A DNA stretch of 61,440 bases, taken from positions 99,170,931-99,232,370 of the forward strand of contig JAUZTB010000001.1 in assembly GCA_034780895.1 (NCBI GenBank), in the 5' to 3' direction. Position 1 is the stretch's first letter. Every line of letters begins with the position of its first letter. The notes under the pieces were generated by a model. That model was not told the origin of the DNA. It did not search any database and was given only the letters and a program-made list of their open reading frames with translations. This stretch comes from Rhynchobatus australiae. Lineage: Eukaryota. Positions 58,640-61,440 of this stretch are shown piece after piece. A program made the position numbers and the translations under genes.

Positions 58640-61440
58640 TATTGGCTAATTGTGAGACACATCAGCCAATAAAAGGAAAGCAGGCTCTAGCAGAGCAGCC
58701 CCTGTGAAAGTGGGCCAGAGTTTGAGTGGTAAGTAAAGAGACTTGGGCTTGCAAGGCTTCAGCAAGCAGAGGCACACGTAAGGTTCTTTGAATTTCCTAT
58801 GTAGCCTCACGCCATTCAGAATGGCAGTCAAGGCAGTGGTATGCTCCTCCTGCAGGTTGTAGGAGATCAGGGAGACCTCCAGTGTCCCTGACTTCACCTG
58901 TGGGAAGTGTGTCCAACTGCAGCTCCTGACTGACCACGTGGAGGAACTGGACGCACTCGGGAATATCCGAGATGCTGAGAGTTCCATCGATATGAGTTTT
59001 GGCGAGATGGTCACACCCAAGGTACTGGCAGAAAGTAGTTGAGTGACCAGCAGGAAAGGAAAAGGGAGTAGGCAGAGAGTGCTTCATTCCCCTGTCGCCA
59101 CTCCGCTTGAAAAGAATATATCCATTTTGGATACTGTTGGGGGGGGCGAAGAGGGTGGGATAACTGTTCAGGCGAAGCCAGCAGTAGCCAGATCTGTGGC
59201 ACCAGGACTGGCTCTGAGCCTCAACAGACAAGGGTGAAGGCACACAAGACTAGTGACGAGGACTCGGTAGAAGGGGGGGCAGACAGGAGATTCTGTGGCC
59301 GCAAAAGGGACTCCGGAATGGTGTGCTGCCTCCCTGTTGCCAGGGTCCAGTATGTTACGGAGCGGATACAGAACATTCTCAAGGGGGAGGGGGAGCAGCC
59401 AGAAGTCGTGCACGTTGGCACAAATGACATAGGTAGAGAAGGGGATGAGGTCCTGCGGAGTGAATATAGGGAGCTAGGGAAGGAGTTAAAAGGCAGGACC
59501 TCAAGAGTAGTAATCTCTGGATTACTTCCAGTGCCACGTGCTAGTGAGGGTAGTAATAGAAGGATATGGCAAATGAATGTGTGGCTGACAAATCGGTGTA
59601 GGGGGCNNNNNNNNNNNNNNNNNNNNNNNNNNNNNNNNNNNNNNNNNNNNNNNNNNNNNNNNNNNNNNNNNNNNNNNNNNNNNNNNNNNNNNNNNNNNNN
59701 NNNNNNNNNNNNNNNNNNNNNNNNNNNNNNNNNNNNNNNNNNNNNNNNNNNNNNNNNNNNNNNNNNNNNNNNNNNNNNNNNNNNNNNNNNNNNNNNNNNN
59801 NNNNNNNNNNNNNNNNNNNNNNNNNNNNNNNNNNNNNNNNNNNNNNNNGCAGGAGAATGGCAGGGAGCAAGGAAAGCCTATTGGATTAAAATGCATTTAT
59901 TTCAATGCGAGAGGTCTAACAGGTGAGGCGGACGAACTTAAGCCTTGGATAGCTACGTGGGACTGGGACATTATAACCATTACGGAAAAGTGGCTAAGGG
60001 ACAGGCACTACTGGCAGCCGATTGTTCCGGGGTACGGGTGCTTTAGGTGGGATAGAGGTGGAGGAAAGAGAGGAAGGGGGGAGTTGCACTTTTGCTTAAG
60101 GGGAATGTCACAGCAGTAGTCAAAGATGAAATTACTGAAGGATCATCCAGTGAAGCTTTGTGGGTGGAGCTGAGAAATAAGAAGGGGACGATCACATTGT
60201 TGGGATTGTACTATGGGCCCCCAAATAGTCAATGGGAATTGGAAGAACAAATATGTAAGGAGATTGTGCAGAGTTGTAAGAATAATAGGGTTGACATAGT
60301 CGGGGATTTTAACCTTCTTAACATAGACTGAAACTGTTGAGGGCTTAGATGGGGTTAAGTGCATTCAGGAAAGTTTCCTTGGGCAATATATAGAGGGCCC
60401 TACTAGGGAGAGGGCAAAGTTCAACCTACTCTTGGGTAATAAGGCAGGATAAGTGACTGAGGTGACAGTGGGGGAGCACTTTAGGGCCAGTGACCATAGT
60501 TCTGTTAATTCTAAAATGCTCATGAAAAGGGACAGATATGGTCCATAGGTTCAAGTTCTAAATTGGGGCCAAGCAAATTTTAATGGTCTGAGACGGGAGC
60601 TTGCTGGGGTCGATCGCAGTCGGTTGTTTGGGGGCAAAAGCACCACAGGCAAGTGGGAGGCTTTTAAAGGTGAGATAATGAGAGCTCAAGGTCTGGATGT
60701 TCCTGTTAGAGTGAAGGGCAAGGCTGGTAGGAATAGGGAACACTGGATGACGTGGNNNNNNNNNNNNNNNNNNNNNNNNNNNNNNNNNNNNNNNNNNNNN
60801 NNNNNNNNNNNNNNNNNNNNNNNNNNNNNNNNNNNNNNNNNNNNNNNNNNNNNNNGGAGTCTTTTAAAGGTGAGATAATGAGAGCTCAAGGTCTGTATGT
60901 TCCTGTTAGAGTGAAGGGCAAGGCTGGTAGGAATAGGGAACACTGGATGACGTGGGATATTTGAGGCTCTGGCCAAGGAAAAGGAGGCATGGGTCAGGTA
61001 CAGGCAGCTGGGATCAAGCAAGTCCCTGCAGGAGTATAAGGGATACAGGAGTGTACTCAACAAGGAAATCAGGAGGGCAAAAAGGGGGTATGAGATAACT
61101 TTAGCAGAGAAGCATAAGGAAAATTGAAAGAGATTTTGTAAGTATATTAAAAAGAATAACTAAAGAGAGAATAGGGCCCCTCAGAGACCAAAGGGTGTGG
61201 AGCAGCAGGAGATGGGCAAGGCCCTTAATGAATATTTCTCCTCTGTACCTTGGAGAAAGACATGAAGACTTTGGAACTAGACAAAGTAAATGGGGAGGTC
61301 TCGGGGATAGTCTCCATTACAGTAGAGGAGGACCTGGATCTCTTATAAGGTAAGAAGGGAGACAAATCTCCAGGGCCTGACTAGGTATATCCACAAACAC
61401 TGTGGGAGGCTAGAGAAGGAATTGCGGGAGCCCTGGCTAA
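58640..61440 (+). mobile_element. CR1 LINE 5' portion: ORF1 (zinc finger/leucine zipper + SGNH esterase) and ORF2 (APE endonuclease into RT), degenerate, runs off the window
   Basis: ATG at 58821 MAVKAVVCSSC...TCGKCVQLQLL; VHVGTNDIG and VVISGLLPVP esterase; KCIYFNAR, SEALWVEL, GLYYGPPNS, IVGDFN; KSPGPD near the end; many stops. Confidence 0.92.

Overview
Eukaryotic, AT-rich vertebrate genomic DNA with many N gaps. The repeat complement (V-SINE/HE1-like and DeuSINE-like SINEs, CR1, L2, Rex1/Babar, Penelope-like) points to a cartilaginous fish (inference). Most of the window is one + strand spliced gene, AQR (Aquarius, spliceosomal SF1 RNA helicase). I traced 33 coding exons (exons 3-35 by homology to the human protein as I recall it) from 278 to the TAA at 56058, all with GT-AG boundaries and consistent phases. 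An AATAAA lies at 56225. Exons 1-2 are upstream of the window. Intron 11 holds a decayed Ty3/Gypsy LTR retrotransposon (14082-18021, - strand, GCTT TSD) with a CX2HX9CX3C Gag knuckle and tRNA-Trp PBS, the hallmarks of the CsRn1/Kabuki/Boudicca clade. Intron 21 holds an IR/DR-type Tc1 transposon whose transposase has collapsed into a gap. The introns also carry many LINE/SINE remnants, and a degenerate CR1 LINE follows the gene. I found no clearly novel system. The best leads are the Gypsy element and the candidate poison exon it creates, the Tc1 element, a stop-free 96-nt intron, an inverted SINE pair and a candidate muscle-type enhancer.
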